Position numbers and translations under genes: made by a program. Positions 51,969-62,314 of a DNA stretch of 64,000 nucleotides are shown one piece after another. The DNA is taken from contig CBDCJV010000002.1 of the NCBI GenBank assembly GCA_965217895.1, positions 4,704,001-4,768,000 on the forward strand, written 5' to 3'. The notes under the pieces were generated by a model, which was not told the DNA's origin, searched no databases, and saw nothing but the letters and a program-made list of their open reading frames with translations. Every line of letters starts with the position of its first letter. Position 1 is the stretch's first letter. The DNA is from Waterburya sp. (GTDB taxonomy: Bacteria > Cyanobacteriota > Cyanobacteriia > Cyanobacteriales > Xenococcaceae).

Positions 51969-52062
51969 ATCATTATTTTGAAGGTTTTGTTTGTTATCAT
52001 AACTTGGCAGCTTGTTGAGCTTATGTTCATCAGCGATAATTTTTTATAACATTTTACATAGT

Positions 52063-52428
52063 ATGGGTTTAAGAGAATTTGGCTATCTTTTTTTGTCGAT
52101 TTTATTTAGCGTTGCTGGACAAATATTCTTAAAATTGGGTGCAGTTAAATTAGCCAAAATATCCGCTTCAAGTATTGTTGGTAGGATCATAGAAATATTC
52201 TTAACCCCAGAACTTATTATTGGTTTAGGTTGCTATGGGTTAGGCGCGATCGCCTATATTTTACTATTAACTAAAGTAGACTTGAGTATGGCTGCTCCCG
52301 CGGTTTCTTTGGTGTATGTGTTTTCAGTTTTATTAGGTTATTTTTTGTTTAAAGAAACTATTCCTATATCTAGAGGTTTGGGTTTAGGTTTTATTATTTT
52401 TGGCGTAATTTTAGTAACCTGGAGATGA
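52063..52428 (+). CDS. EamA/SMR-like small membrane protein (ArnE/F-like)
   Basis: Four hydrophobic helices; GQIFLK, DLSMAAP, FKETI; ATG 52063 preferred. Confidence 0.8.
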   Translation: MGLREFGYLFLSILFSVAGQIFLKLGAVKLAKISASSIVGRIIEIFLTPELIIGLGCYGLGAIAYILLLTKVDLSMAAPAVSLVYVFSVLLGYFLFKETIPISRGLGLGFIIFGVILVTWR

Positions 52429-52532
52429 TATAGCATTTCTCGTATCAATGAGGTACACCTCGGTTCTGTTTGGTTAAGGGGGAAAGGGAAAAAGGGAAAG
52501 TACCGTACTTTATAAGTTTGAGAACCAGCTAT
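52429..52532. mobile_element. MITE-like element with TATAGC/GCTATA ends
   Basis: tatagcatttctc…ggtac / gtacc…gagaaccagctata; internal gggaaa(a) repeats. Confidence 0.55.
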
Positions 52533-52676
52533 AAATAAAAGTATTTTGTACGCCACCTCGTTACTCAAATCAGCAACACGCCTCAAAAACAGTTTAATTG
52601 ATAAACTGGTTACAGAAAGAGTGCTGACGCTGTTTAACCTCAGTTGTAAAGTGAAGTTCGGATAGGTTTTGCTCAA

Positions 52677-53840
52677 ATGTCTCAACGACCCATATATCTT
52701 GATGCCCAGGCAACTACACCCATGGATGAAAGAGTGTTGACAGCGATGTTGCCCTACTTTACCGAGCATTTTGGCAACCCTTCGACAAATACTCATCTTT
52801 ATGGCTGGGAGGCTAACGCAGCAGTAAAAAGTGCCAGAGAAGCGATCGCTGCTATAATCAACGCTACCCCCGAAGAAATCGTCTTTACTAGTGGCGCAAC
52901 CGAAGCCAACAACCTGGCAATCAAAGGGGTTGCCGAGGCTTATTTTAGTCAGGGTAAGCATATTATTACTGTAGCGACAGAACATCGCGCCGTATTAGAT
53001 CCCTGTGCTTATCTAGAAACTTTAGGCTTTGAAGTTACTTACCTTCCTGTGCAGCCTGATGGTTTGTTAGATATAAAACAGCTAGAAGCAGCAATTCGCG
53101 AGGATACTATTTTGGTATCGGTGATGGCAGCCAACAACGAAATTGGTGTATTGCAACCATTAACCAAAATTGGCGAGATCTGTCATGGTCACGGGGTACT
53201 GTTTCATACTGATGCAGCACAAGCGATCGCTAAAGTACCTTTAGACGTGGCAGCAATGAATATTGATTTGATGTCTCTGACTGCTCACAAAGTATATGGA
53301 CCAAAAGGAATTGGTGCTTTGTATGTGCGTCGCCGTGACCCCAGAGTCAAGCTGGCTTCACAGATCCAAGGCGGAGGACAAGAAAGAGGCAGGCGTTCAG
53401 GCACACTGTATACACCGCAGATAGTCGGCTTTGCTCAAGCCTTGAAAATCGCTATGGAGTCTAGGGAATCTGAGTCAGTCCGTTTACTACAGTTGAAAAA
53501 GCAGCTTTGGTCGATGTTTGAAACCATGGAGGGTATTCATCTTAACGGCAGCTTTACCAATAGTCTGACTGGTAATCTAAATTTGAGTATTGAGGGAGTT
53601 GATGGTTCAGCTTTATTATTAGGAATACAATCAGCGATCGCTGTATCTTCTGGTTCGGCTTGTTCTTCTACTTCCACTGCACCTTCCCATGTTTTAACTG
53701 CTATAGGACGGGATGAAAAACTTGCCCATGCCTCCTTGCGCTTTGGTATTGGTAGGTTTAATACGACCGAAGAAATTAAGACCGCAGGAGAAATTGCGAT
53801 CGCCACAATTAAATCTCTGCGTCAGGCTAATAAAACTTAA
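52677..53840 (+). CDS. iscS: IscS/NifS-type cysteine desulfurase
   Basis: YLDAQATTP, FTSGATE, HTDAAQ, TAHKVYGPKG, SSGSACS. Confidence 0.9.
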   Translation: MSQRPIYLDAQATTPMDERVLTAMLPYFTEHFGNPSTNTHLYGWEANAAVKSAREAIAAIINATPEEIVFTSGATEANNLAIKGVAEAYFSQGKHIITVATEHRAVLDPCAYLETLGFEVTYLPVQPDGLLDIKQLEAAIREDTILVSVMAANNEIGVLQPLTKIGEICHGHGVLFHTDAAQAIAKVPLDVAAMNIDLMSLTAHKVYGPKGIGALYVRRRDPRVKLASQIQGGGQERGRRSGTLYTPQIVGFAQALKIAMESRESESVRLLQLKKQLWSMFETMEGIHLNGSFTNSLTGNLNLSIEGVDGSALLLGIQSAIAVSSGSACSSTSTAPSHVLTAIGRDEKLAHASLRFGIGRFNTTEEIKTAGEIAIATIKSLRQANKT

Positions 53841-53859
53841 GGCATTGCTAGTTTAGAGT

Positions 53860-54732
53860 ATGAAACCGATAGTGATACTATTTATAGCTATAAGTTTATT
53901 ATCTTTATCTTTTAGTTGCGATCGCGCTAATTCTCTCAATAACCTAGCAGAAAATGCGGAATCTTATCTGTTACCAATTGTTAGAGGTAATTGGTACAAG
54001 CCTCCTGTTTTCGCCTCCTGGCAATGGCAATTGCAGGGACAAGTTAATACAGCTTATGATGTCAACCTGTATGATATAGACCTTTTTGATTCATCAACAA
54101 CTTTAATTAGGCAGCTTCAGGAAAAAGATAAAAAGGTTATTTGTTATTTTTCGGCTGGTTCTTATGAACAATGGCGATCTGATGCTGCTCAATTTACTGC
54201 TAAAAATCTAGGTAATTCTCTTGATGGCTGGGCTAAAGAACAGTGGCTTGATATTCGCTCAGACAGTGTTCGTTCAATTATCAAAAGTCGCCTTGATTTA
54301 GCTGTAGAAAAGGGATGTGATGGAGTAGAGCCAGATAATATGGATGGCTATCTCAATAATTCTGGTTTTAATTTAAGCTTTGCAGATCAGCTTACATTTA
54401 ATCGTTGGGTTGCTAATCAAGCACATTTGAGAAATTTGGCAGTTGGTTTAAAAAATGATCTTGAGCAAATTGACGAGTTAGAAGCATATTATGATTTCGC
54501 TGTTAATGAACAATGTTTTGAATATTTTGAATGCAATTCTCTTACTCCTTTTATCCATAACAACAAGCCAGTTTTAAATGCTGAATATGAACAAAAATAT
54601 CTTCATAATTCTATGGCTAGAAATAACTTATGCGTTAAATCTCTTAGTCTGAAATTTAGTACATTAATTTTGCCTTTAAAATTAGATGATGAATTTCGCT
54701 ATAGCTGTTTATTCAATAGCTCTAAGTTTTAG
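53860..54732 (+). CDS. Endo-alpha-1,4-polygalactosaminidase (GH114-like), exported or lipoprotein
   Basis: Signal peptide …LSFSC; WQWQL, VICYFSAGS, GCDGVEPDN, GLKND, AVNEQC. Confidence 0.85.
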   Translation: MKPIVILFIAISLLSLSFSCDRANSLNNLAENAESYLLPIVRGNWYKPPVFASWQWQLQGQVNTAYDVNLYDIDLFDSSTTLIRQLQEKDKKVICYFSAGSYEQWRSDAAQFTAKNLGNSLDGWAKEQWLDIRSDSVRSIIKSRLDLAVEKGCDGVEPDNMDGYLNNSGFNLSFADQLTFNRWVANQAHLRNLAVGLKNDLEQIDELEAYYDFAVNEQCFEYFECNSLTPFIHNNKPVLNAEYEQKYLHNSMARNNLCVKSLSLKFSTLILPLKLDDEFRYSCLFNSSKF

Positions 54733-54855
54733 GCTGTAAGCTATAAGCTTTTTTAAATAACTTATAGGGTTCGCCAAACAAAATAAAAAAAAAGTTTAAT
54801 TGAGGTATAAGGCGATCGCTAATATCTAAACAACATCAGTTTTTTTTGACCAGCA

Positions 54856-56103
54856 TTAACATACAGTGCTTTTTCTTTGTTGAAATAGATTTATTATTTC
54901 TTGAGAAATATTAGAAGGCATTTTCTTGATTTTAGAGTTAACGTTGATTATGTAATGAGGAGGCTTTTCTATTTCTAGAAATTCTAGAACCTGATTTGTT
55001 TGCGATTCTGCATCTTCGACTATATCTTCGTAGACCAATATTAAAGGTTCTACATTGTTATCTGCTAATATCTTTTTTAAACGAGCTTCTTGATGATTAA
55101 TAAAATCAATTTTTTGTTCGACATTTTTGAGTAGGGAATCATTAATATTAATATCTTTTAGTTTTGCTTGATAGTTAATATTATTGGCGACATCGCGAAT
55201 ATGCCAGATCTCGGTTTGTTGAGCTAAAACTAATGATACTGCTTGTGCCAGCTTATCTCTTCTAGTCAGAAAAATAAATTTATCTAAAGAACTAAATATC
55301 TGCTGAAAATCAAATCTAGTTTGTTTTAACTCAAATAAAAAATGCGATATTAACTTAGTACCAAAAACTCCATTATCTGTAGTACGGTACTGTAATAAGT
55401 TATGCAGCAATCTTAAATAATCAAAATCACAGTATCGTGCTAACTCTTGAGCAGCAAGCCTCAAATGTTCTATTGGATAGCCAGCAATTCCTGTAGATTC
55501 TAGTAGATCGCAAAAGTAGGTTGAACCAGAGCGAGGAGTTGTTACAATTGCGTAAGTTACTTTGGGCTTAATAATCTGTTCAGACGAAGGTTGTAATAGT
55601 TGTCTTTTGCAAACGAGGTTGATAAAGACATCTGCAAAAAGTCGTAATGGAGTTGCCTTTATTTTAAGTTCAATCGCTTTTTGCTTTACTCGCTTAAACA
55701 CAGCAGCTTCATCTTTAAAAGATGCCACAATAATTGCTTGATATTTACCAACGGTCACAGCAGCGCGAAAAGCCGTTGCGGGGGTTCCCCCCGTTGAGGC
55801 TATTGAGCAAGAAGGCTCCGTCCGTTTAGAAGTCCCCGTGCTGTTCCGTTTAGGAACAGCTTCATGCGGGACGTGGCGGAGTAATCTGTGACCTACTTCA
55901 GTTTCTTGGGTAAATATGTCATCTAAGTTCCCAATAGATAGATCGTAGTAATAGTTATTATCAACCTGCTGATCTTTTTGAAAAAACTCTTGAAGATACT
56001 GCAAAATCTCAGTCTCGCCCACAAAAAACAATCGATTTTGAGATGACAATTGTTTTAAAAACTGTGTTTCTTCTATAGCTTGAAATGTTTGAGCTAATTT
56101 CAT
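54856..56103 (-). CDS. Stf0-family sulfotransferase carrying an in-frame repeat insertion
   Basis: TTPRSGSTYFCDLL, NGVFGTK, RRDKLAQAVS, YED. Confidence 0.88.
   Translation of the reverse strand: MKLAQTFQAIEETQFLKQLSSQNRLFFVGETEILQYLQEFFQKDQQVDNNYYYDLSIGNLDDIFTQETEVGHRLLRHVPHEAVPKRNSTGTSKRTEPSCSIASTGGTPATAFRAAVTVGKYQAIIVASFKDEAAVFKRVKQKAIELKIKATPLRLFADVFINLVCKRQLLQPSSEQIIKPKVTYAIVTTPRSGSTYFCDLLESTGIAGYPIEHLRLAAQELARYCDFDYLRLLHNLLQYRTTDNGVFGTKLISHFLFELKQTRFDFQQIFSSLDKFIFLTRRDKLAQAVSLVLAQQTEIWHIRDVANNINYQAKLKDININDSLLKNVEQKIDFINHQEARLKKILADNNVEPLILVYEDIVEDAESQTNQVLEFLEIEKPPHYIINVNSKIKKMPSNISQEIINLFQQRKSTVC
55753..55893. mobile_element. 141-bp GC-rich composite repeat inserted in frame
   Basis: GGTCACAG/CTGTGACC termini; nested hairpins gcgggggttccccccgt and gctgttcc-gttta-ggaacagc. 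Confidence 0.8.
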
Positions 56104-56299
56104 ATCAATTTCATTATGGTATCTAACTAATGTTCAGGTTAAATCTGATCGACACTATTACTTGTCTAGCGATTTTGCGTTTCATCAAGTTAACTTATTT
56201 TTAGTTGATTTGCTAACGTTAGCCAATTTTCAAGATAATCGACAATGGTATAGGTTACAATCTGCTGCAAGATGCAATTAACAACGCTTTAAACTTCTA

Positions 56300-56650
56300 C
56301 GTTTGGTTATCTAGTTTTTTTAACAATCTACGTAGGGTTGTATGCCCTTATTGCCTTGGGCTTAAATTTGCAGTGGGGGGATATGCAGGGCTAATCTATT
56401 TCAAGAATATATCTTAATTAGTGTTTTGAATTGCTTAGGAGCTTTTGCTACTTGGCAACTGTGGCGTGGTTTGCGATCGCTCTATTGGCAGGAACATTTT
56501 ATGATTGGCAGCTTACAACTATCTACCCGACTAATTTTGAAACTTTAGTGACCTTTAATATCTAGACAGACGATGGTAGTTTTAGGTGGTGCAGGTAAAA
56601 ATCCTGAGGAAATTTTAGTCAGGAAAGAAGAGTTGACTTTAGGAAAATAA
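56300..56650 (+). pseudogene. Remnant of branched-chain/neutral amino acid ABC permease (NatC/LivM-like)
   Basis: Fragments YALIALGLNLQWG/YAGLI, AIALLAGTFYDWQLTTIYPTNFETLVTFNI*, MVVLGGAG, RKEELTLGK* with frameshifts and large deletions; start approximate. Confidence 0.75.
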
Positions 56651-56798
56651 ATTTCTAACAAGCGTAGCAGCACTAGGATTGTTATTTGCTGATGTTACGC
56701 ACTCATTAATCTGTGAGGATAGAGAAAAGGATTAAAGGATAGATTGTTCTTTTTTATTTCCTATTGAAACTAGCAATCTTTGTTTTGCGTAACGTCAG

Positions 56799-57101
56799 TT
56801 ATTTATTACTATTAGACGCAAGACTGCGAACTAAATTTCTACAGCCAGCACAGTCACAACCATAAAGCTGGATTGCCTTATCTCCTTCACGATCGAGTTC
56901 GGCTGCTGTTCCACTATCAGATTGATCGCAGCTACAGTCTACAAAAGGATAGTCAGTTTTTCTTTCAGGAATATCGGCAACCTCGCTATCTGTTTCAGGA
57001 GCAGTAAAAACATACTCTTTGGCACTGGCAGAGTTAGCCGAAAGTAAACTTAAAGCTACAGAGCCAGAACAACCAAGAGCAGTCAGTAATCTTTTATTCA
57101 T
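56799..57101 (-). CDS. Small secreted Cys-containing hypothetical protein
   Basis: Signal peptide ending ASA-K; CSC and GCDCAGC motifs. Confidence 0.75.
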   Translation of the reverse strand: MNKRLLTALGCSGSVALSLLSANSASAKEYVFTAPETDSEVADIPERKTDYPFVDCSCDQSDSGTAAELDREGDKAIQLYGCDCAGCRNLVRSLASNSNK

Positions 57102-57399
57102 AATGAGAAAAGCCTGAAGGGTTTACGCGCATCTTTAATCACCTTGTTGAAATAGGATCATAGCTGAAAAAACATTGTACGTCTAGTGTAAATTTAAAAA
57201 CTTTCAAATGCCTTTGTTGGATGTTAGTCTAACATCTAAAATATGTTGGCAAGATTATTCTTTTCTTTATTAAGATATAGCTTATAATTTCTAAGTGATG
57301 TTGCTTAATCAGGATATAGAAAAACAAACATTAAATATATTTGATTCTGAAATCAACACGTTAGAAATCAGCAACGATCTAAAAAATAAAGTTTGGGTT

Positions 57400-58998
57400 A
57401 TGGAAAATTCAAAAGACCGCATCATTATTTTCGACACCACTTTAAGAGACGGAGAACAATCTCCTGGCGCAACCCTCAACGTTGAAGAAAAGCTGGAAAT
57501 TGCCCATTCTCTCTCACGACTTGGGGTTGATGTAATTGAAGCGGGGTTTGCTTTTGCCAGCCCTGGAGACTTTGAAGCGGTACAAAAAATTGCGGCACAG
57601 GTGGGAACAGAAAATGGCCCTGTAATCTGTAGCTTAGCCAGAGCAATTAAAGCTGATATTAAGGCTGCCGCCGAAGCTTTAGAACCCGCTGCCAATGCCA
57701 GAATTCATACTTTTATTTCTACTTCTGATATTCACTTGGAGTATCAGTTAAAGAAATCTCGGGCTGAAGTCTTGGATATAGCTCAAGAAATGGTAGCTTA
57801 CGCCAAGTCCTTTATGGATGACGTGGAGTTTTCGCCCATGGACGCAGTGCGAACTGATTCAGAATATTTATATCAGGTATTAGAAGCGGCGATCGCAGCA
57901 GGGGCAACTACTGTTAATATTCCTGATACAGTAGGATATACTACCCCCACTGAATTTGGCGCATTGATCAAAGGCATCTGTGATAACGTGCCAAATATCG
58001 ACCAGGCAATAGTTTCAGTTCATGGTCACAATGATTTGGGTTTAGCAGTGGCTAACTTCTTAGAAGCGATTAAGAATGGTGCAAGACAGCTAGAATGTAC
58101 CATTAATGGCATCGGTGAGCGAGCTGGTAACGCAGCCCTAGAAGAGTTAGTGATGGCACTTCATGTACGCCGTCAATACTTTAATCCTTTCTTGGGTAGA
58201 TCGGTCGAATCAACTGAACCACTAACAAATATTGATACTCAGCAGATATATAAAACTTCTCGCTTGGTATCTAATCGTACAGGCGTAATTGTTCAGCCAA
58301 ATAAAGCCATTGTCGGCGCGAATGCTTTTGCTCATGAGTCGGGTATTCACCAAGATGGGATGCTTAAAAATAAGCGAACCTACGAAATTATGGACGCACA
58401 GTCTATTGGCTTGACTGATAACCAGCAGATTATTTTAGGTAAACATTCTGGTCGCAATGCCTTTCGGACTCGCTTAACAGAATTAGGCTTTGAACTATCG
58501 GAAACAGACTTAAATAAAGCCTTTGTGCGCTTTAAAGAAGTTGCCGACAAGAAAAAAGAAATCACTGACTGGGATATCCAAGCAATTGTCAGTGATGAAA
58601 TTAGACAGCCTCCTGAGTTGTTCCGTTTAGAACTAGTGCAAATATCCTGTGGCGATCGCTCTCAACCCACAGCTACGGTTACTCTGCGCACTCCTAACGG
58701 CGAGGAATTAACCGATGCTGCCATTGGTACAGGACCAGTTGATGCAATTTACAAGGCGATTAATCGAGTGACTAATATTCCTAATGAGCTGATTGAATTT
58801 TCGGTACAGTCAGTCACAGCAGGAATAGACGCGATCGGGGAGGTAACAATTCGCCTGCGCCATAATGACAGAATATACTCTGGTCGCGCTGCGAATACCG
58901 ATATTATTGTTGCTTCTGCTAAGGCTTATGTCAAAGCCTTAAATCGCCTTTATGCTGCGCTGCAAGAGAAAAAAGTAGAATCTCAAGTCGGCGTTTAA
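57400..58998 (+). CDS. leuA: 2-isopropylmalate synthase
   Basis: [38 protein letters not shown], regulatory domain; ATG 57400 preferred. Confidence 0.97.
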   Translation: MENSKDRIIIFDTTLRDGEQSPGATLNVEEKLEIAHSLSRLGVDVIEAGFAFASPGDFEAVQKIAAQVGTENGPVICSLARAIKADIKAAAEALEPAANARIHTFISTSDIHLEYQLKKSRAEVLDIAQEMVAYAKSFMDDVEFSPMDAVRTDSEYLYQVLEAAIAAGATTVNIPDTVGYTTPTEFGALIKGICDNVPNIDQAIVSVHGHNDLGLAVANFLEAIKNGARQLECTINGIGERAGNAALEELVMALHVRRQYFNPFLGRSVESTEPLTNIDTQQIYKTSRLVSNRTGVIVQPNKAIVGANAFAHESGIHQDGMLKNKRTYEIMDAQSIGLTDNQQIILGKHSGRNAFRTRLTELGFELSETDLNKAFVRFKEVADKKKEITDWDIQAIVSDEIRQPPELFRLELVQISCGDRSQPTATVTLRTPNGEELTDAAIGTGPVDAIYKAINRVTNIPNELIEFSVQSVTAGIDAIGEVTIRLRHNDRIYSGRAANTDIIVASAKAYVKALNRLYAALQEKKVESQVGV

Positions 58999-59091
58999 TT
59001 TGAGGAGCAATTTTTAAAAAAGCGATCGCCGTGATAGCTCAATTTTTATGGCGATCGAGAATTTTATTTTAAATTAAGGCATCGCACCAAA

Positions 59092-59188
59092 GTAATTAAG
59101 TAGGTGTGCAAAATTAATTTCCTAGTTGAGATCGGGAAAAGGGAAAAGAAAAAGTTAAATGTGTAATTAATTTTGTTTAGGTAATTAC
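59092..59188. repeat. Degenerate MITE-like inverted repeat with gggaaaa repeats
   Basis: gtaatta…caaaattaatt / aattaattttg…taattac. Confidence 0.4.
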
Positions 59189-59295
59189 CAATAATTTTGC
59201 CATCTATCTATAAGATCGGCAGCAACAGGCAGCTTGCCTTCTTATTGTTTCGCTTTAAACTTTCAGCCAAGAGTGCTTTATCAATCGGATTTAGT

Positions 59296-59853
59296 ATGAA
59301 AAAAACCGAGCGAGAAAAAATGCTAAATAACGAGTTGTATTTGGCAGCAGATGAAGAACTAACTGCAATGCGCTTCCACGCTCGTCAATTGCTTTATGAC
59401 TTCAACTTTTCACTGCCTGACAAAGCAGATCGCCGTAAAAATATTGTTTCTAGTTTGTTTGGCAATATTGGTTCAAATTTCACCGTAGAACCTCCTTTTT
59501 ATGGCGATTATGGTTGTCATATTTTTGCTGGAGATAATTTATACATTAATTATGACTGCACAATTCTTGACTGCAATACGGTGCATTTAGGCAATGATGT
59601 TTTACTCGCACCAAAGGTTCAAATCTATACAGCATATCATCCCACCAATCCCGAATTGAGATTATCAGGGAAGGAATTAGCAGCATCAGTTGTAATTGGC
59701 GATAATGTTTGGCTTGGCGGTGGGGTAATTGTTTGTCCTGGCGTTGCTATTGGCTCGAATGTAACTGTCGGTGCGGGTAGTGTTGTAACTAAAGATATAC
59801 CAAGCAATGTTGTAGCAGCAGGTAATCCCTGTCGAATTCTCAAAAGAGTTTGA
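59296..59853 (+). CDS. Maltose/galactoside O-acetyltransferase (hexapeptide family)
   Basis: EPPFYGDYG, IYTAYHP, IGDNVWLGG, GAGSVVTKD, AGNPCR; ATG 59296 preferred. Confidence 0.92.
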   Translation: MKKTEREKMLNNELYLAADEELTAMRFHARQLLYDFNFSLPDKADRRKNIVSSLFGNIGSNFTVEPPFYGDYGCHIFAGDNLYINYDCTILDCNTVHLGNDVLLAPKVQIYTAYHPTNPELRLSGKELAASVVIGDNVWLGGGVIVCPGVAIGSNVTVGAGSVVTKDIPSNVVAAGNPCRILKRV

Positions 59854-59913
59854 TATCATTTAAAAAGCTGATTTTTTTTGCTTCTTTTCCTATAAGTCCA
59901 GTTAGAAGAAATT

Positions 59914-60942
59914 ATGAATCTTAGTAGACGAGATGTATTTAAGTTAGCTTCTGCATCAGGTTTAGTTGCTGCGGGTTTAGCAGCCAAGAAGCCCATTGTT
60001 AAACCTCTATTGGCACAATCAGATACTGGAGTTAAGTCAGGGGAAATGCTCTATCGTTCACTAGGACGCACTGGAGAAAAAGTATCCGTAATAGGTTTGG
60101 GCGGTCATCATATTGGCAGACCTAAAGATGAACAATTCGCGATCGCGCTTATTCAGACAGCAATTGATCGCGGCATCAATTTTATGGACAATTGCTGGGA
60201 TTATCACAATGGCGGTAGCGAACTGAGAATGGGCAAAGCCCTCCAAAATGGTTATCGCGATCGCGTATTTTTGATGACTAAAATTGATGGTCGAACTAAA
60301 AAAGCTGCTGCCAAACAGATCGAGCAGTCCCTTCAACGCTTACAAACCGATCGCATTGATTTGTTACAACACCATGAAATTATTCGCCTGGAAGACCCCG
60401 ATCGCGTTTTTGCGCCTGGTGGCTCGATGGAAGCAGTACTGGAAGCTCAAAAAGCTGGTAAAGTTCGTTATATTGGCTTTACTGGTCATAAAGATCCCTT
60501 AGTTCACCTCAGAATGTTACAAGTTGCCAAACAAAACAACTTCCGTTTTGATGCGGTGCAAATGCCTTTAAATGTAATGGACGCTCATTTTAGAAGTTTT
60601 GAACGCCAAGTTTTACCCGTTCTTGTCAAGAACGAAATCGGCGTATTAGGAATGAAATCAATGGGCGATCCCTACATTCTCAAGAGTAAAACTGTTACTC
60701 CGATTGAATGCCTTCATTACACAATGAATTTGCCCACTTCGACCGTAATTACGGGCATTGAAAAAATGCCTATCTTAGACCAAGCATTTGAAGCAGTCAA
60801 GACTTTTGAACCCATGAGCGAAGAACAGGTCAATGCACTGCTCGATCGCACTCGCCAAGCGGCAGCAAATGGTCAGTATGAACTATTTAAAACGACTAGC
60901 AAATTTGACGGTACGGCTGAAAATCCTCAGTGGCTGGGATAA
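59914..60942 (+). CDS. Aldo/keto reductase with twin-arginine signal
   Basis: SRRDVFK; YRSLGRTG, DNCWDY, SLQRLQTDRIDL, GKVRYIGFTGH. Confidence 0.9.
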   Translation: MNLSRRDVFKLASASGLVAAGLAAKKPIVKPLLAQSDTGVKSGEMLYRSLGRTGEKVSVIGLGGHHIGRPKDEQFAIALIQTAIDRGINFMDNCWDYHNGGSELRMGKALQNGYRDRVFLMTKIDGRTKKAAAKQIEQSLQRLQTDRIDLLQHHEIIRLEDPDRVFAPGGSMEAVLEAQKAGKVRYIGFTGHKDPLVHLRMLQVAKQNNFRFDAVQMPLNVMDAHFRSFERQVLPVLVKNEIGVLGMKSMGDPYILKSKTVTPIECLHYTMNLPTSTVITGIEKMPILDQAFEAVKTFEPMSEEQVNALLDRTRQAAANGQYELFKTTSKFDGTAENPQWLG

Positions 60943-61182
60943 AAAATTTGACCGAGAGGGATGCCCTAAAGGATTCATACTCTAAATTAATTTTTGACGA
61001 TAACCACTTGCTTAGTCAACGTACTGCGATAAGTTTAAATATAATCGTCAATTTGTTCGGATTCTGACTGATAAGCGTCAAGTAATTTCAATAAAATAAA
61101 ATAGAATCGCAAAATCAAAGAAAGCAGGTTAACCTAAAGACCAAATTTATATCCACCATCCTTCTCCAAGGAGATATTTAAG

Positions 61183-62274
61183 GTGAATTTCGGCACTTGG
61201 ATCGGTCTAATTGTTTTTTTCATTTCTTTATATGTTTTATGGCAGATTAAGCAGCTATTACTATTGCTATTTACCGCAATTGTTTTGGCTACCTCGCTTA
61301 ATATTCTGGTCAAAAGCTTTCAAAAACGCGGTATCAAAAGAAGAAATGCAGTTTTGTTGTCTATCCTTTTTTTGATTTTTGTGGCTGCTGGCTGTATCTG
61401 GATTGTTGTTCCTCCTTTTATCGATCAGTTTCAGGCTTTAGGAAACTTAATACCCAAGGGAATAGAAAAATTAGATACCTGGATCAACTTACTATCAGAG
61501 CGACTTGACCCCAGAATAATTAATTTTTTACCAAATACAGAAGAATTAAATAAACAAATACAGCCTCTGATTCGGCAATTCTTGGGTGGTGGATTGACTA
61601 TTTTTTATAGTTCTTTGGGAGTTTTGCTAGGTATTTTACTGCTGCTAGCAATTACTCTAATGCTGCTGAGCGATCCAAATTCTTATCGTCAAGGATTTAT
61701 TAGGCTTTTTCCCTCTTTTTATCGTCGGCGGGTTGGGGAAATTTTGGATCTTTGCACCAAAGGTTTAGAAGGTTGGCTAGTGGGAATTCTCTTTAATATG
61801 GTAGTCATTGCTGTCTTCAGTTTTATCGGCTTGTTAGTGCTGGGCATTCCCCTCGCTTTATCCCAAGCAATGTTAGCAGGGGTGATGACCTTTATACCTA
61901 ATATTGGTCCTACTTTAAGCGTAATGTCACCGATGGCGATCGCCTTGATTGAAGCACCCTGGAAATCTTTAGCAGTCTTGATTCTGTATATAATTATTCA
62001 ACAGCTAGAAAGTAATGTCTTGACCCCAATTGTCATGGCACAACAGGTATCTCTTTTACCTGCTGTTACTTTAATATCTCAAGTATTTTTTGCCACCTTT
62101 TTTGGTTTTTTAGGCTTATTTCTCTCGTTACCTCTAACGGTTGTTGGTCAAATCTGGTTTAAAGAAGTAATCATCAAAGATGTATTAGATAATTGGAATT
62201 ATTCATTTGTAGGACATAGAAGAATAAAAGAGCAATCAAAAATCGAACCAACTACAGTAAATGAGGAAGAATAA
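61183..62274 (+). CDS. AI-2E family transporter
   Basis: FIPNIGP, QQLESNVLTP, FGFLGLFLSLPL; GTG start with AAGGAG RBS. Confidence 0.9.
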   Translation: MNFGTWIGLIVFFISLYVLWQIKQLLLLLFTAIVLATSLNILVKSFQKRGIKRRNAVLLSILFLIFVAAGCIWIVVPPFIDQFQALGNLIPKGIEKLDTWINLLSERLDPRIINFLPNTEELNKQIQPLIRQFLGGGLTIFYSSLGVLLGILLLLAITLMLLSDPNSYRQGFIRLFPSFYRRRVGEILDLCTKGLEGWLVGILFNMVVIAVFSFIGLLVLGIPLALSQAMLAGVMTFIPNIGPTLSVMSPMAIALIEAPWKSLAVLILYIIIQQLESNVLTPIVMAQQVSLLPAVTLISQVFFATFFGFLGLFLSLPLTVVGQIWFKEVIIKDVLDNWNYSFVGHRRIKEQSKIEPTTVNEEE

Positions 62275-62314
62275 TCGGTGATTATTAATACGAATGATAA
62301 ATGTTTAATGATAA

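Noticed and set aside
52338..52985. 215-aa minus-strand ORF
   Set aside because: Antisense to the cysteine desulfurase and crosses a MITE-like element
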